Part shown: positions 31,094-40,127 of the stretch, piece by piece
Layout of the letters: every line of letters begins with the position of its first letter
Numbering within the stretch: the stretch's first letter is position 1
Source: an uncultured delta proteobacterium
GTDB lineage: Bacteria > Desulfobacterota > Binatia > Binatales > Binataceae
Assembly (NCBI GenBank): GCA_963842085.1
Contig: CAWJET010000001.1
Location: forward strand, 2,656,001 to 2,720,000
Reading direction: 5' to 3'
DNA: 64,000 nucleotides
Made by a program: the position numbers and the translations under genes
Notes under the pieces: model-generated
Told to the model about the DNA's origin: nothing
Databases searched by the model: none
Seen by the model: the letters and a program-made list of their open reading frames with translations, nothing else

Positions 31094-31440
31094 GTCCCTC
31101 GATCCCCAACGAGTTCCACCTGCTCCTCGATTCCGCGGGCGCGCTGATCGTCTTTCAGGAAAAGGGCGCGTCCTGGGCCGGCCTGCTCGCCTTTTCGAGC
31201 GAGGATAAAGCGCGCGAGTTCTGCCGCGTAAGCAATCTCGACGCCGCTGAAGTTGCCGCCGTCGCGACCGACGATCCGCAGGCCGTCGCCGGCCTGATCG
31301 CCTCGATCAAGCGGCGCGCCATCCGCAACCTGCTCCTCGATCTCGACTACAAAACCGGCGCCTGCACGCAAATCGATTTTGAGGGCGACGCTTTGGGCAA
31401 CGCGACGCTGCGCCAATTCTCTCCGCCTGCTCATCGCTAG
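31090..31440 (+). CDS. Hypothetical protein (SseB-like LLAFSSEDKA motif)
   Basis: 116-aa ORF with host-like codon usage. Confidence 0.65.
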   Translation: MSPSIPNEFHLLLDSAGALIVFQEKGASWAGLLAFSSEDKAREFCRVSNLDAAEVAAVATDDPQAVAGLIASIKRRAIRNLLLDLDYKTGACTQIDFEGDALGNATLRQFSPPAHR

Positions 31441-31448
31441 CTCTTACG

Positions 31449-32678
31449 ATGCCATCCGCACGATCGTCACTGCCGGAGCAAATCAAAGAGGCGCGCCACC
31501 GTCTCGCAGGCATCGTCAAGCCGACAACGCTTATGCGCAGTGCGACGCTCGAGCGAATCCTCGGCGCCGACGTGCGCATCAAGCCTGAAAATTTGCAGAA
31601 GACCGGCTCGTTCAAAATTCGCGGCGCCTACAACCGGCTCATGACGCTCACCGGCGAGCAAAAGTCGCGCGGCGTCGTCGCCGCGAGCGCCGGCAATCAC
31701 GGGCAGGCGCTCGCCTACGCCGCCACCCGAGCGGGCGTCACCGCCACCATCGTGATGCCGACCACGGCCGCGATTGCCAAAATCGACGCGACCCGCAGCT
31801 ACGGCCAGTCGGTCGTGCTTGAAGGTGTCGACTATCAGGAGGCGCGCGTGGCTGCGGCCAAGATATGCAGCGAACGCGGCGCGAGCTTCATCGACGCGTA
31901 CGACGACGTCGAAGTGATCGCGGGGCAGGGCACTGTCGGAATCGAAATCGCCGACGAAATTACCCCCGACTTCGTGTTTGTTCCGGTGGGCGGCGGCGGA
32001 TTGATCGCTGGAATCGCCGCTGCACTTGCGACGCGCGCGCCCAACGCCGAAGTGATCGGCGTCGAGGCTGCAGGCTCACCGCAACTGTCCGCGAGTCTCG
32101 CCGCCGGCGCGCCCGCATCGATCGGCCATCCCGTCGACACTATTGCCGACGGTCTGGCCACCGGCCGTATCGGCGCGATTCCGTTCGAGGTGATGCGCGG
32201 CCGGGTCAGGCGCGCCGTCACCGTCGACGACTTCGAAATAGGCGAGGCCGTCCTCCTGCTGCTCGAGCGTCTCAAGCTTCTCGCCGAAGGCGCCGGCGCT
32301 GCCGCGCTTGCGGGCGCGCTCAAACTCAAGGACGAGCTGAAAGGCAAGACCGTGGTGCTGGTCGTGAGCGGCGGAAATATAGACATGAACCTGCTTGACC
32401 GGATTATCGGCCACGGACTAGTGAAGGTCGGGCGGCTGTTTCGAGTCGCCGTCGATTTGCGCGATCGCCCAGGCGAGCTCGGCAAGTTACTGTCAGTCGT
32501 CGGCGCGACCGGCGCCAACGTCCGCGCGATCAATCACGATCGCACCCGCCGCGACGTAGCGATCGGCGGCGCCCGCGTGATGCTCGAACTGGAAACTCGC
32601 GGCCCCGCCCACATCGAAGGGATCCGCGAGATGCTCAAGCGTCACGGCTATGAGTTTACAGTTCCAGCGCTCGGCTGA
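31449..32678 (+). CDS. ilvA: Threonine ammonia-lyase with C-terminal ACT domain
   Basis: ENLQKTGSFKIRGA, SAGNHGQ, PVGGGGL, SGGN, DRPGEL. Confidence 0.9.
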   Translation: MPSARSSLPEQIKEARHRLAGIVKPTTLMRSATLERILGADVRIKPENLQKTGSFKIRGAYNRLMTLTGEQKSRGVVAASAGNHGQALAYAATRAGVTATIVMPTTAAIAKIDATRSYGQSVVLEGVDYQEARVAAAKICSERGASFIDAYDDVEVIAGQGTVGIEIADEITPDFVFVPVGGGGLIAGIAAALATRAPNAEVIGVEAAGSPQLSASLAAGAPASIGHPVDTIADGLATGRIGAIPFEVMRGRVRRAVTVDDFEIGEAVLLLLERLKLLAEGAGAAALAGALKLKDELKGKTVVLVVSGGNIDMNLLDRIIGHGLVKVGRLFRVAVDLRDRPGELGKLLSVVGATGANVRAINHDRTRRDVAIGGARVMLELETRGPAHIEGIREMLKRHGYEFTVPALG

Positions 32679-32696
32679 ATTTGGAATTTAATCGTG

Positions 32697-32761
32697 GTGA
32701 AACCCGTCGTGGGTTTCACACTTCCTTGGGCAGGGGTGACCCCTGCACCCAATGTTAAGAG
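32697..32761 (-). repeat. Interspersed two-hairpin repeat, copy 2
   Basis: Reverse complement is CTCTTAACATTGGGTGCAGGGGTCACCCCTGCCCAAGGAAGTGTGAAACCCACGACGGGTTTCAC; abuts the ferredoxin stop codon. Confidence 0.9.
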
Positions 32762-33634
32762 TCACGAGAACATCGACGCGATGCCGGTCGGCCTCACCAG
32801 CTTGCCTGCCGGCTTCATCGAATGTGCCAGCGCTTCCAGCTTTTGCTTGAACGCTTCCATCTCGGCCGCCTGCTTGGCTTCGAACGCCGCGGCCTCGCGC
32901 GCGCGCTTGCGCTCGAATGCTTCCCGATCCGCCCGCCGCCGATTGTAGAAACCCTCGAAAGTCTCTTTCACGGCTCGGTACATCGCGGTTTTCGGCACGA
33001 ACGATCCCGAGCACGACGGGCAATGGAAGACCACGCCTTTCTCGAACAGGCGATACGGAATCGTCCACGGCTCGTTGCAATCCTTGCAGATGACAGGCAC
33101 TTCCCATGTCAGCGGATTGAATTCCGCGTTATCTGCTGAAGTCGGCGCGGCCGCTGCTGGAGCGGCCGCCGCGGGCTTGGGCGCCGCCGGCGTTGGCTTG
33201 GGCGCAGCCGCCGCTGGTGCGGACTTGGGCGCGGCCGGCGTCACTGCTGCGCCATTGGTCTTCGCTTCCGCGCCGCCCGCTGCCGGTGCCGGCGCTGCGC
33301 CTTCCTTGCGAAAGCGCGACGGCGCGTCGTCGGCGAACGTCTCGTCGGGATGCAACTGCCGCGCGCGCGCGAGCAACACGGCCTCGGTCTCGAGATTAGC
33401 CGGGTCGGGGATGCAACAATCTACCGGGCATACCGCGGCGCACGCTTCATGATCGTAAAAGCCGACACATTCGGTGCACTTCGACGGCACGATGTAATAG
33501 ATGTCCTGCGCGATCGCAGCACTGGTCGCTCCATTAAGCTCCCACGGCACTCCGCCCGCGTATATCGCCGTGTTCGGACACTCCGGCTCGCACGCTCCGC
33601 AGTTGATACATTCGCTCGTGATCGTCGTCGCCAT
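32762..33634 (-). CDS. YfhL-family 2x[4Fe-4S] ferredoxin fused via an Ala/Pro linker to a Zn-ribbon and coiled coil
   Basis: CINCGACEPECP and CTECVGF....CAAVCPVDCC; PAAAAPKP linker; CKDC..CPSC; charged helical tail. Confidence 0.88.
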   Translation of the reverse strand: MATTITSECINCGACEPECPNTAIYAGGVPWELNGATSAAIAQDIYYIVPSKCTECVGFYDHEACAAVCPVDCCIPDPANLETEAVLLARARQLHPDETFADDAPSRFRKEGAAPAPAAGGAEAKTNGAAVTPAAPKSAPAAAAPKPTPAAPKPAAAAPAAAAPTSADNAEFNPLTWEVPVICKDCNEPWTIPYRLFEKGVVFHCPSCSGSFVPKTAMYRAVKETFEGFYNRRRADREAFERKRAREAAAFEAKQAAEMEAFKQKLEALAHSMKPAGKLVRPTGIASMFS

Positions 33635-33738
33635 CTGGTGAACCCCGGTCTATCGAGAAGTCTCGCGTGTGATCAACTTGAAACTCTAACAACGGTGATT
33701 TCAGCGGGCAATCGCTCCCCCACTAACTGTTCCAATAA

Positions 33739-33813
33739 GACCCTACGGCGTCTCGCCCAGGGTAAACTCCGCCCGCATCTCTCTTAACACTGGGTGCATG
33801 GGTCACCTCTGCC
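33739..33813 (+). repeat. Interspersed repeat, copy 3 (lacks the second hairpin)
   Basis: GACCCTACG..CAGGGTAAACTCCGCCCGCATCTCTCTTAACACTGGGTGCATGGGTCACCTCTGCC. Confidence 0.88.
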
Positions 33814-33897
33814 TTTTCGCCGCGCCGCGGTTTTGACTATGCTGGGCGCGAAGCCGCGGTACCAAACGTCGCTCACGACCGCAGGAGTGTCTCGCAC

Positions 33898-35085
33898 ATG
33901 GATCTTCAATTCACGGCCGAAGAAGAAGCATTTCGACTCAAGGTCCGCGGATGGCTCGCCGAGAACATGCCGGCCAGCGGCCTCTCCGATAATCGCGAGG
34001 GCCGCGACGACAAAACCTGGCTGATCCGGGCCAAGGCCTGGCAGCGCCGCTTGTACGACGCCGGCTACGTCGCGCTCGCGTGGCCGAAAGAATACGGCGG
34101 GCAGGCGATGGACCCCGTGCGCCAATCGATCGTCAACGACGAGATGGTCCGGGCCAGGGCGCCGTACCTCGTCGGCGGGTCGGGACTCGGGATGCTCGGG
34201 CCGACGCTCATCTCGTGGGGCAGCGAGGAACAGAAGCAGCGCTACCTGCCGAAGATTCTCACCGCCGAAGAAATCTGGTGTCAGGGCTATTCGGAGCCGG
34301 GCGCCGGCTCAGATTTGGCTTCACTGAAAACACGTGCGGAAATCGTCGGCGACGAGTTCGTCGTCAACGGCCAGAAAGTCTGGACCTCGGGCGCGCAGTA
34401 CGCCGACATGATGTTCTGCCTGGTGCGCACCGACCCCGAGGCGCCCAAGCATCGCGGCATTTCATACATCCTCATCGACATGCACACGCCCGGAATCACC
34501 GTGCGTCCGCTCGTTCAAATGACCGGCGATCGCGGCTTCAACGAAGTCTTTTTCGACAACGTCCGCGTGCCGCGCAAAAACCTGGTCGCCAAACTCAACG
34601 AGGGATGGATCGTCGCCAACGCCACGCTCTTTCACGAGCGCAACATGCTCGGCTCCGCCAGCGGCAGCGAGCAGCGCTTCAATCGTCTGCTCGCGCTGGC
34701 CAAATCGATCACGCGCGGCGGACGCCCGCTCACCGAGGATCCCGTGTTCCGCCAGCGGCTTGCGGACCTGGAAATCCGTGTCGAGGCGATGCGCTTTCAC
34801 GCGCTGCGCCAGCTCACCGATCAGATTCGCGGCAAGAATCCGGGCGTCGAGGCGATGATCAACAAGCTGGTCGGTACCGAGCTGAATCACGACCTCGCCA
34901 CCGCCGCGATGGAAGCGATGGGCGACTACTCGATGCTCGCGCGCGAGGACGAAGCTGCACTAGATCACGCCTACTGGCCGTACGAATGGATGTTCTCGCT
35001 AGGCCTGGTGATCGGCGGCGGCACTTCGCACATCCAGAAAAACATAATCGCCGAGCGCGGCCTGAAAATGCCCAAATCCCGCTGA
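33898..35085 (+). CDS. Acyl-CoA dehydrogenase (catalytic-type subunit)
   Basis: WCQGYSEPGAGSDLASL, NGQKVWTS, FNEVFFDNV, IGGGTSHIQKNII. Confidence 0.93.
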   Translation: MDLQFTAEEEAFRLKVRGWLAENMPASGLSDNREGRDDKTWLIRAKAWQRRLYDAGYVALAWPKEYGGQAMDPVRQSIVNDEMVRARAPYLVGGSGLGMLGPTLISWGSEEQKQRYLPKILTAEEIWCQGYSEPGAGSDLASLKTRAEIVGDEFVVNGQKVWTSGAQYADMMFCLVRTDPEAPKHRGISYILIDMHTPGITVRPLVQMTGDRGFNEVFFDNVRVPRKNLVAKLNEGWIVANATLFHERNMLGSASGSEQRFNRLLALAKSITRGGRPLTEDPVFRQRLADLEIRVEAMRFHALRQLTDQIRGKNPGVEAMINKLVGTELNHDLATAAMEAMGDYSMLAREDEAALDHAYWPYEWMFSLGLVIGGGTSHIQKNIIAERGLKMPKSR

Positions 35086-35093
35086 CCTGACCT

Positions 35094-35152
35094 ACCTCGC
35101 CCGTTACACGGGAGAGGTCGCGGACGACGACCAGTCGGCCGAGGGTGAGGGT
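35094..35152. repeat. CCTCxCCCG..CGGGAGAGG..GGGTGAGGG palindromic intergenic repeat
   Basis: ACCTCGCCCGT-TAC-ACGGGAGAGGT hairpin plus GGGTGAGGG, a common REP-like motif in high-GC bacteria. Confidence 0.55.
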
Positions 35153-35184
35153 GCAGCGAGACAAGCTGAATCAAAGGACCAACA

Positions 35185-36288
35185 ATGGATTTCGGACTAA
35201 GCGAAGAACAGCAGCAACTCAAGGAAAGCGCGCGCGCATTTCTGAGCGGCGAATGCCCCACGACGTACGTGCGAAAAGTGATGGCCACCGACGACGGCTA
35301 TCCGCGCGAACTCTACGACCAGGTCGCGAAGCTCGGATGGACCGGGTTGATTGTTCCCGAGAAATTCGGCGGCGCGGGACTCGGGATGCTCGACATGACG
35401 ATGATTCTCGAAGAGAGCGGCTACGCCGCGATGCCGGGGCCATTCCTGTTCTCGTCGGCGCTCGCAGCGAGCGCACTCAAACTAAGCGGCTCTGAACAGC
35501 TCAAGTCAAAGTGGCTCGCCGCGCTCGCGGAGGGCACCGCGGTCGGCGCCGTCGCGGTCGTCGAAAGCGCCGGCAGCATCGATGCGCGCGATATCAACGC
35601 AATCGCGATGAAAGGCGGCGGGGGATGGCATCTCAACGGGGCCAAGATGTTCGTTCCGTATGCCAACGTCGCCAACTTCATTGTCGTCGCCGCCAAACAT
35701 GATTCTGCGATTTTCCTGTTCGTTGTCGACACGAAATCGCCGGGCGTCACGATCCGCCCGCTCAAGAACCTCGATCTGACGCGCCGCGTTTCCAGCGTCG
35801 AACTCAAGAGCGCTCCCGCCGAGCGGCTGAAAGGTGGTACTGATCTCTTCCCAAAGCTGATCGACGTTGCCGCTATCGCCGTCGCTGCCGACTCGCTTGG
35901 CGGCACCGAACGCGCACTCGAGATGGCCGTTGACTACTCGAAAGTCCGCGAGCAGTTCGGCAAGCCGATTGGCTCGTTCCAGGCGCTCAAGCACGCCGCT
36001 GCCGAAATCGTCGCCGACCTCGAACCCGCGCGCGCGATGCTCTGGTACGCCGCCTATGCATTAGACACCGGCGCCGCCGATGCCTCGCGCACGGCCGCGA
36101 TGGCGAAAGCGCGCCTGTGCGATATCTACAGCCGCGGCACCGATCGCGCCGTTCTGATGCACGGCGGAATCGGCTTCACCTGGGAGCACGACATGCATCT
36201 GTGGTTCAAGCGCGCGCGCTTCAACGAGTCCTGCTTCGGCTCGCCCGCGTTCCATCGCGAGCGTGTCGCCATCCTTGGCGCGTATTGA
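35185..36288 (+). CDS. Acyl-CoA dehydrogenase (partner subunit of a heterotetramer)
   Basis: R.QFGKPIGSFQALKH, HGGIGFTWEHD, DLTRR. Confidence 0.92.
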   Translation: MDFGLSEEQQQLKESARAFLSGECPTTYVRKVMATDDGYPRELYDQVAKLGWTGLIVPEKFGGAGLGMLDMTMILEESGYAAMPGPFLFSSALAASALKLSGSEQLKSKWLAALAEGTAVGAVAVVESAGSIDARDINAIAMKGGGGWHLNGAKMFVPYANVANFIVVAAKHDSAIFLFVVDTKSPGVTIRPLKNLDLTRRVSSVELKSAPAERLKGGTDLFPKLIDVAAIAVAADSLGGTERALEMAVDYSKVREQFGKPIGSFQALKHAAAEIVADLEPARAMLWYAAYALDTGAADASRTAAMAKARLCDIYSRGTDRAVLMHGGIGFTWEHDMHLWFKRARFNESCFGSPAFHRERVAILGAY

Positions 36289-36298
36289 GGCGGCCCGC

Positions 36299-37318
36299 GT
36301 GAAGTTCGACATCTTCTACCAACTCCCGGAAGCTGCCAGTCAAATCACCAGCGAGCGCTATCGCGAGCTGATCGCGGAAGCGGCCGAGGCCGACCGCCTC
36401 GGCTTCAACACGGTGTGGCTCGCCGAGGTGCATTTCGCGCCGCGCTTTTCCGTGATGCCGACGCCGCTGATGCTGCTGGCCGCGATCGCCGAGCGCACGA
36501 CCAACATCCGCCTCGGCATGGCTGTCAACCTGATGCCGCTGCATCATCCGATTCGCCTGGCCGAGGAGGTCGCGACGCTCGACGTGCTGAGCGGCGGTCG
36601 CGTCGAGTTCGGCGCCGGCCGCGGCGCGTTCCCGCTCAACTATCGCGGCTACGGCGTCGAGATGGCGAACAGCCGCAAGCTGTTCGAAGACGGACTCGCA
36701 ACCGTCAAGGCGGCATGGACGCAAAAGCGTGTTGACGGGGTCGAGGTTGTTCCTAAACCTCTTCAGCGGCCTCATCCGCCGATCCGGCTCGCCGCCAACA
36801 GCGCCGACACGTTCACTTTCGCAGGCGCAAATCGCTATCCAATCTTCGCCGGCGGTCCGGTGAATCCCATCCCCGTACTCGCCGAGCGGCTCAAGATTTA
36901 CGAGACCGCGCTAAGAAGCGCGGGACACGAGCGGCCCGACGATTGGCTGGCCGCGGCGCTGATGGTGTTCGTCGGACGCGATCGCGCGCATGTCCGCGCC
37001 ACGATCGAGCCAAGCATCCGCAACTACTTCAACGCGGTCAGCGAAATCATCGAGCCTGAGAGCCTCGCCGCCGGCCATCAGGCGGAATTCCAGAAAGTCC
37101 GCGACCGCCTGCGCACGATCGACTACTCGACCGTCGATTCGATCATGGGAATTTTCGGCGACCCCGAATACTGCATCGACCGGATCGCGCAACTGAAAGA
37201 GCAATTCGGTTTCACCCGCCTGGTTTGCTGGTTCGAAATAGGCGGCATCAGCGGCCACCAGCACGTACTAACCGCAATGCGCCAATTCGCCGACCGCGTG
37301 ATGCCCAAATTTCAATGA
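36299..37318 (+). CDS. LLM-class flavin-dependent oxidoreductase
   Basis: GFNTVWLAEVH, HHPIRLAEEVATLDVLSGGRVEFGAGRG, PKPLQRPHPP. Confidence 0.9.
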   Translation: MKFDIFYQLPEAASQITSERYRELIAEAAEADRLGFNTVWLAEVHFAPRFSVMPTPLMLLAAIAERTTNIRLGMAVNLMPLHHPIRLAEEVATLDVLSGGRVEFGAGRGAFPLNYRGYGVEMANSRKLFEDGLATVKAAWTQKRVDGVEVVPKPLQRPHPPIRLAANSADTFTFAGANRYPIFAGGPVNPIPVLAERLKIYETALRSAGHERPDDWLAAALMVFVGRDRAHVRATIEPSIRNYFNAVSEIIEPESLAAGHQAEFQKVRDRLRTIDYSTVDSIMGIFGDPEYCIDRIAQLKEQFGFTRLVCWFEIGGISGHQHVLTAMRQFADRVMPKFQ

Positions 37319-39072
37319 TGCGGCGCTTCTGCCGCCATTTTCACCGCGCGCAGGATATCGGTCTTGGTTACGATTCCTTGCAGAGCGCCGGCGCCGTCCG
37401 TCACCAGCAGCATCTGCGCGCCGCGCTCGCGCACCAGTAGGCGCAAGGCCTCGCTCAGATCGCAATCCTCCATCACGCGAATCGCGTCGCGGTCCGTGAA
37501 TTCGCCGACGGTGGTTTTGTCCCAATTCTCGGGCGCGGCTCGGCTCACATCGGATACCGAAATCGTGCCCGCGACTTTGTCGCCCTCGTACACCGGGAAG
37601 ATTGTGTGCCGGTGATGGGCCACGACACTCGCGGCGAACTCGCGAATCGTTGACCTGTCTTGCACGGAGATTACGCGCCGCTGCATCACATCTCGCACCG
37701 CCATTCCGGATAGCTCCGCGAGTTTGGCCGTCTCGTGAAGATGCTGATCGCCGGAAACCGACGCTTCGCCCGAGATTGCGTACGCGACCGCAGCGCCGAT
37801 GAGGCTTGGGATGATGTACGAATGGCCGCCGGTGGTTTCCGCGACGAAGACCACGGCCGTGAGCGGGGCTTTGTAGCCAGCCGCGATGAACGCCGCCATC
37901 CCGACCGCAGCGTAGAGGTCGTGCGTCGGCGCGTGAACGATCGATTGCCCGTAGGCGTTGCCGATCGCTCCGCCGACCAGTAACAGCGGCACGAACATCG
38001 CGCTGACTCCTCCCGAGCCCAGTGAAAAAATCGTCGCGAGCAGCTTCAACGCGGCGAATGTCAGCAGCACCTCGGTCGGCAGCGGATGCTTGAGCACGTA
38101 GCGCACGGCCTCGTAGTTGGGGCCGATCGGAATGAGCGGCCCGTTGTAAATCGTCACGAACGCGAGGCCGCACAGCCCCGTGCCGAGCCCGCCGATCGTG
38201 AGCTTCAGCCAATGCGGTATCCGTCTGGTTATGGAAAACACGCGCACGCGGCGAAACGTGATGTCGTAGATGATCGCGAGCAGCCCGATTCCGGCGCCCA
38301 GCAGCGCCGACCAGGCGATGTCGACGGCCTTGAAGCTGGTGCTGCCCGCGAAACCGAACAACGGCTGCGCGCCGACGATCGACACCAGCGTCGCGTAAGC
38401 AACCACCGACGCGATCAGCGACGGCAGCAGCGCTTCGTGCGCGAGGTCGTCCTTGTACGGCATCTCGAGCGCGAACACGATGCCGGTCAGCGGCGCGCGG
38501 AAGACGGCGGACATTCCAGCCGCCGCGCCGCTGATCAGCATGATGCGGCGGTCGCGAACTTCGAGACCGAAACGGCGCAGCTTGGTCCATAGCCACGATC
38601 CAATCGCGCCGCCGCTGTAGATGCTCGGTCCCTCGAGCGCCGCGCTGCCGCCCGAGCCGACGGTGGTCACGGCGGCGAGCAGCTTCCACCAGAACGAACC
38701 GATGTCGATGTCGCCCTGATGCTCGTGGTAGGAGCGCACGATCTCCTCGGTCGAGTGTACGTCGGGGTCGGGTGTGCGGAACTGCATAATCAAGCCCGTC
38801 ACCGAGAAGCCGACGACAAGTCCGACCACGATTGCCCAATGATGATCAAGATAGTAGGGAAGTAATGCCGCCCAGATGACGTCGAGAATGAGTACGGCGA
38901 TTCCGGTGACGATGAGGCCTGCCAGGATGCCGATGATCGGCGCGACGAGAAGCCACTTCTGGATGTCGCGCGAGTACGTTGCCGTCAGGTCTTCATTGAC
39001 CAGCGCGGTGTACTTTCGCAGTAGGGGATGTTTGAAAAACCTCGAATCCAGGAAGTTCGCGAAGATTCCCAA
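37312..39072 (-). CDS. ClC-family chloride channel/antiporter with a CBS pair
   Basis: GSGGSAALEGP, SGAAAGMSAVFRAPLTG, KAPLTAVVFVAETTG, two C-terminal CBS domains. Confidence 0.9.
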   Translation of the reverse strand: MGIFANFLDSRFFKHPLLRKYTALVNEDLTATYSRDIQKWLLVAPIIGILAGLIVTGIAVLILDVIWAALLPYYLDHHWAIVVGLVVGFSVTGLIMQFRTPDPDVHSTEEIVRSYHEHQGDIDIGSFWWKLLAAVTTVGSGGSAALEGPSIYSGGAIGSWLWTKLRRFGLEVRDRRIMLISGAAAGMSAVFRAPLTGIVFALEMPYKDDLAHEALLPSLIASVVAYATLVSIVGAQPLFGFAGSTSFKAVDIAWSALLGAGIGLLAIIYDITFRRVRVFSITRRIPHWLKLTIGGLGTGLCGLAFVTIYNGPLIPIGPNYEAVRYVLKHPLPTEVLLTFAALKLLATIFSLGSGGVSAMFVPLLLVGGAIGNAYGQSIVHAPTHDLYAAVGMAAFIAAGYKAPLTAVVFVAETTGGHSYIIPSLIGAAVAYAISGEASVSGDQHLHETAKLAELSGMAVRDVMQRRVISVQDRSTIREFAASVVAHHRHTIFPVYEGDKVAGTISVSDVSRAAPENWDKTTVGEFTDRDAIRVMEDCDLSEALRLLVRERGAQMLLVTDGAGALQGIVTKTDILRAVKMAAEAPHH

Positions 39073-39375
39073 TTCGGCGATCCTTTCCCGGCCCGGAGCC
39101 GGCTCGGCGCGTCACCTACGGCAGCAACGATCAATAGCATGTATCGGGGTGGCACACTCGCCGCAACGAGTGTAGCAGAATTGCCACAAGCAATTAGTTG
39201 CGGAGGGATTGACATATCGAGGAATCGGCAGCGGGTGTGCAGTGTGAAGCGATGTTCAACGTCCAAATTAAGGATTTGCGGGCTATCGAGGGCTTCAATC
39301 GCCTTCGCAACACCATACGTCGGCTAGGCTTAATGTTCCGCTTCATGTCATGATTCGAACTTAAGCTCAGATAAA

Positions 39376-39390
39376 TGGCACGGCAATTGG
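39376..39390 (+). promoter_or_regulatory. Candidate sigma54 -24/-12 promoter
   Basis: TGGCAC-GGCAA-TTGG (consensus TGGCAC-N5-TTGC, one mismatch), about 95 bp upstream of the receiver gene. Confidence 0.45.
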
Positions 39391-39485
39391 ATCATCAGCC
39401 ACTAGGGATTTCACCCGGTTTCGTCTAGGCAACTTTCATTGAGGGTTTGAAAACCGGCTGCTCCGGTGTTCGTTAGGCGGGGACT

Positions 39486-39962
39486 ATGAGCGACCAAGAA
39501 AAAGAACAAGGCAAAGAAGCCAGTCTATTGAGTCCTGCGGTAAGGATATTTCTCGTTGAGGACAATCCGGACCACGTTTTTATCGCGCTCACCGTGGTGA
39601 GGCAGGTGCTGGGCGATGATATCGAATTGGTGCATGCGCAGAATGCCGACGAGGCGTTGCTGATGATTGCGCAGTTCACCGAGCACGACCGCCCGGATTT
39701 GTTCCTGGTGGATTTACGCCTGCCTGACAACGGCGGCTTCTCCGTGTTGCAAGCCGCGTGCGCGAACGAGGCGCTCACGGCGGTGCCGATGTTTGTGATC
39801 ACCAGCTCGCTCTACGACCGCGACATCGCGGAGAGCTATCAACTCGGTGCGTCCGCGGTTCTGTGCAAGCCGCTCTCGCGCGCCAAGCTGCGCGACGAAC
39901 TGGTGCGCGTGGGAGCACTGCCGCTATCGGAGCGGCCGGACGATCCCGCATATCGCCACTAG
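39486..39962 (+). CDS. Single-domain response regulator (Rcp1-like)
   Basis: LVEDNPD, PDLFLVDLRLP, ITSS, YQLGA...KP. Confidence 0.88.
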   Translation: MSDQEKEQGKEASLLSPAVRIFLVEDNPDHVFIALTVVRQVLGDDIELVHAQNADEALLMIAQFTEHDRPDLFLVDLRLPDNGGFSVLQAACANEALTAVPMFVITSSLYDRDIAESYQLGASAVLCKPLSRAKLRDELVRVGALPLSERPDDPAYRH

Positions 39963-40127
39963 TCAAGTCTGATTGCATACCTTATGCGGGCCGTGAGTCG
40001 AGCAACTCACGGCCCGTTCGCTTTTGCCGGCTTGACGCTCGCGACAGCAAATAGGATTCTCGCTGACGGTCCGCCCGACCGAAGGCGGGACCAGCATTGC
40101 GGCGAAAATCATCGCACAGGAGTTGCC

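Noticed and set aside
39073-39300. Fluoride riboswitch upstream of the ClC gene
   Set aside because: No GGCGAUGGxGUUCGCC-like motif on the minus strand, and the protein lacks CLC-F motifs.
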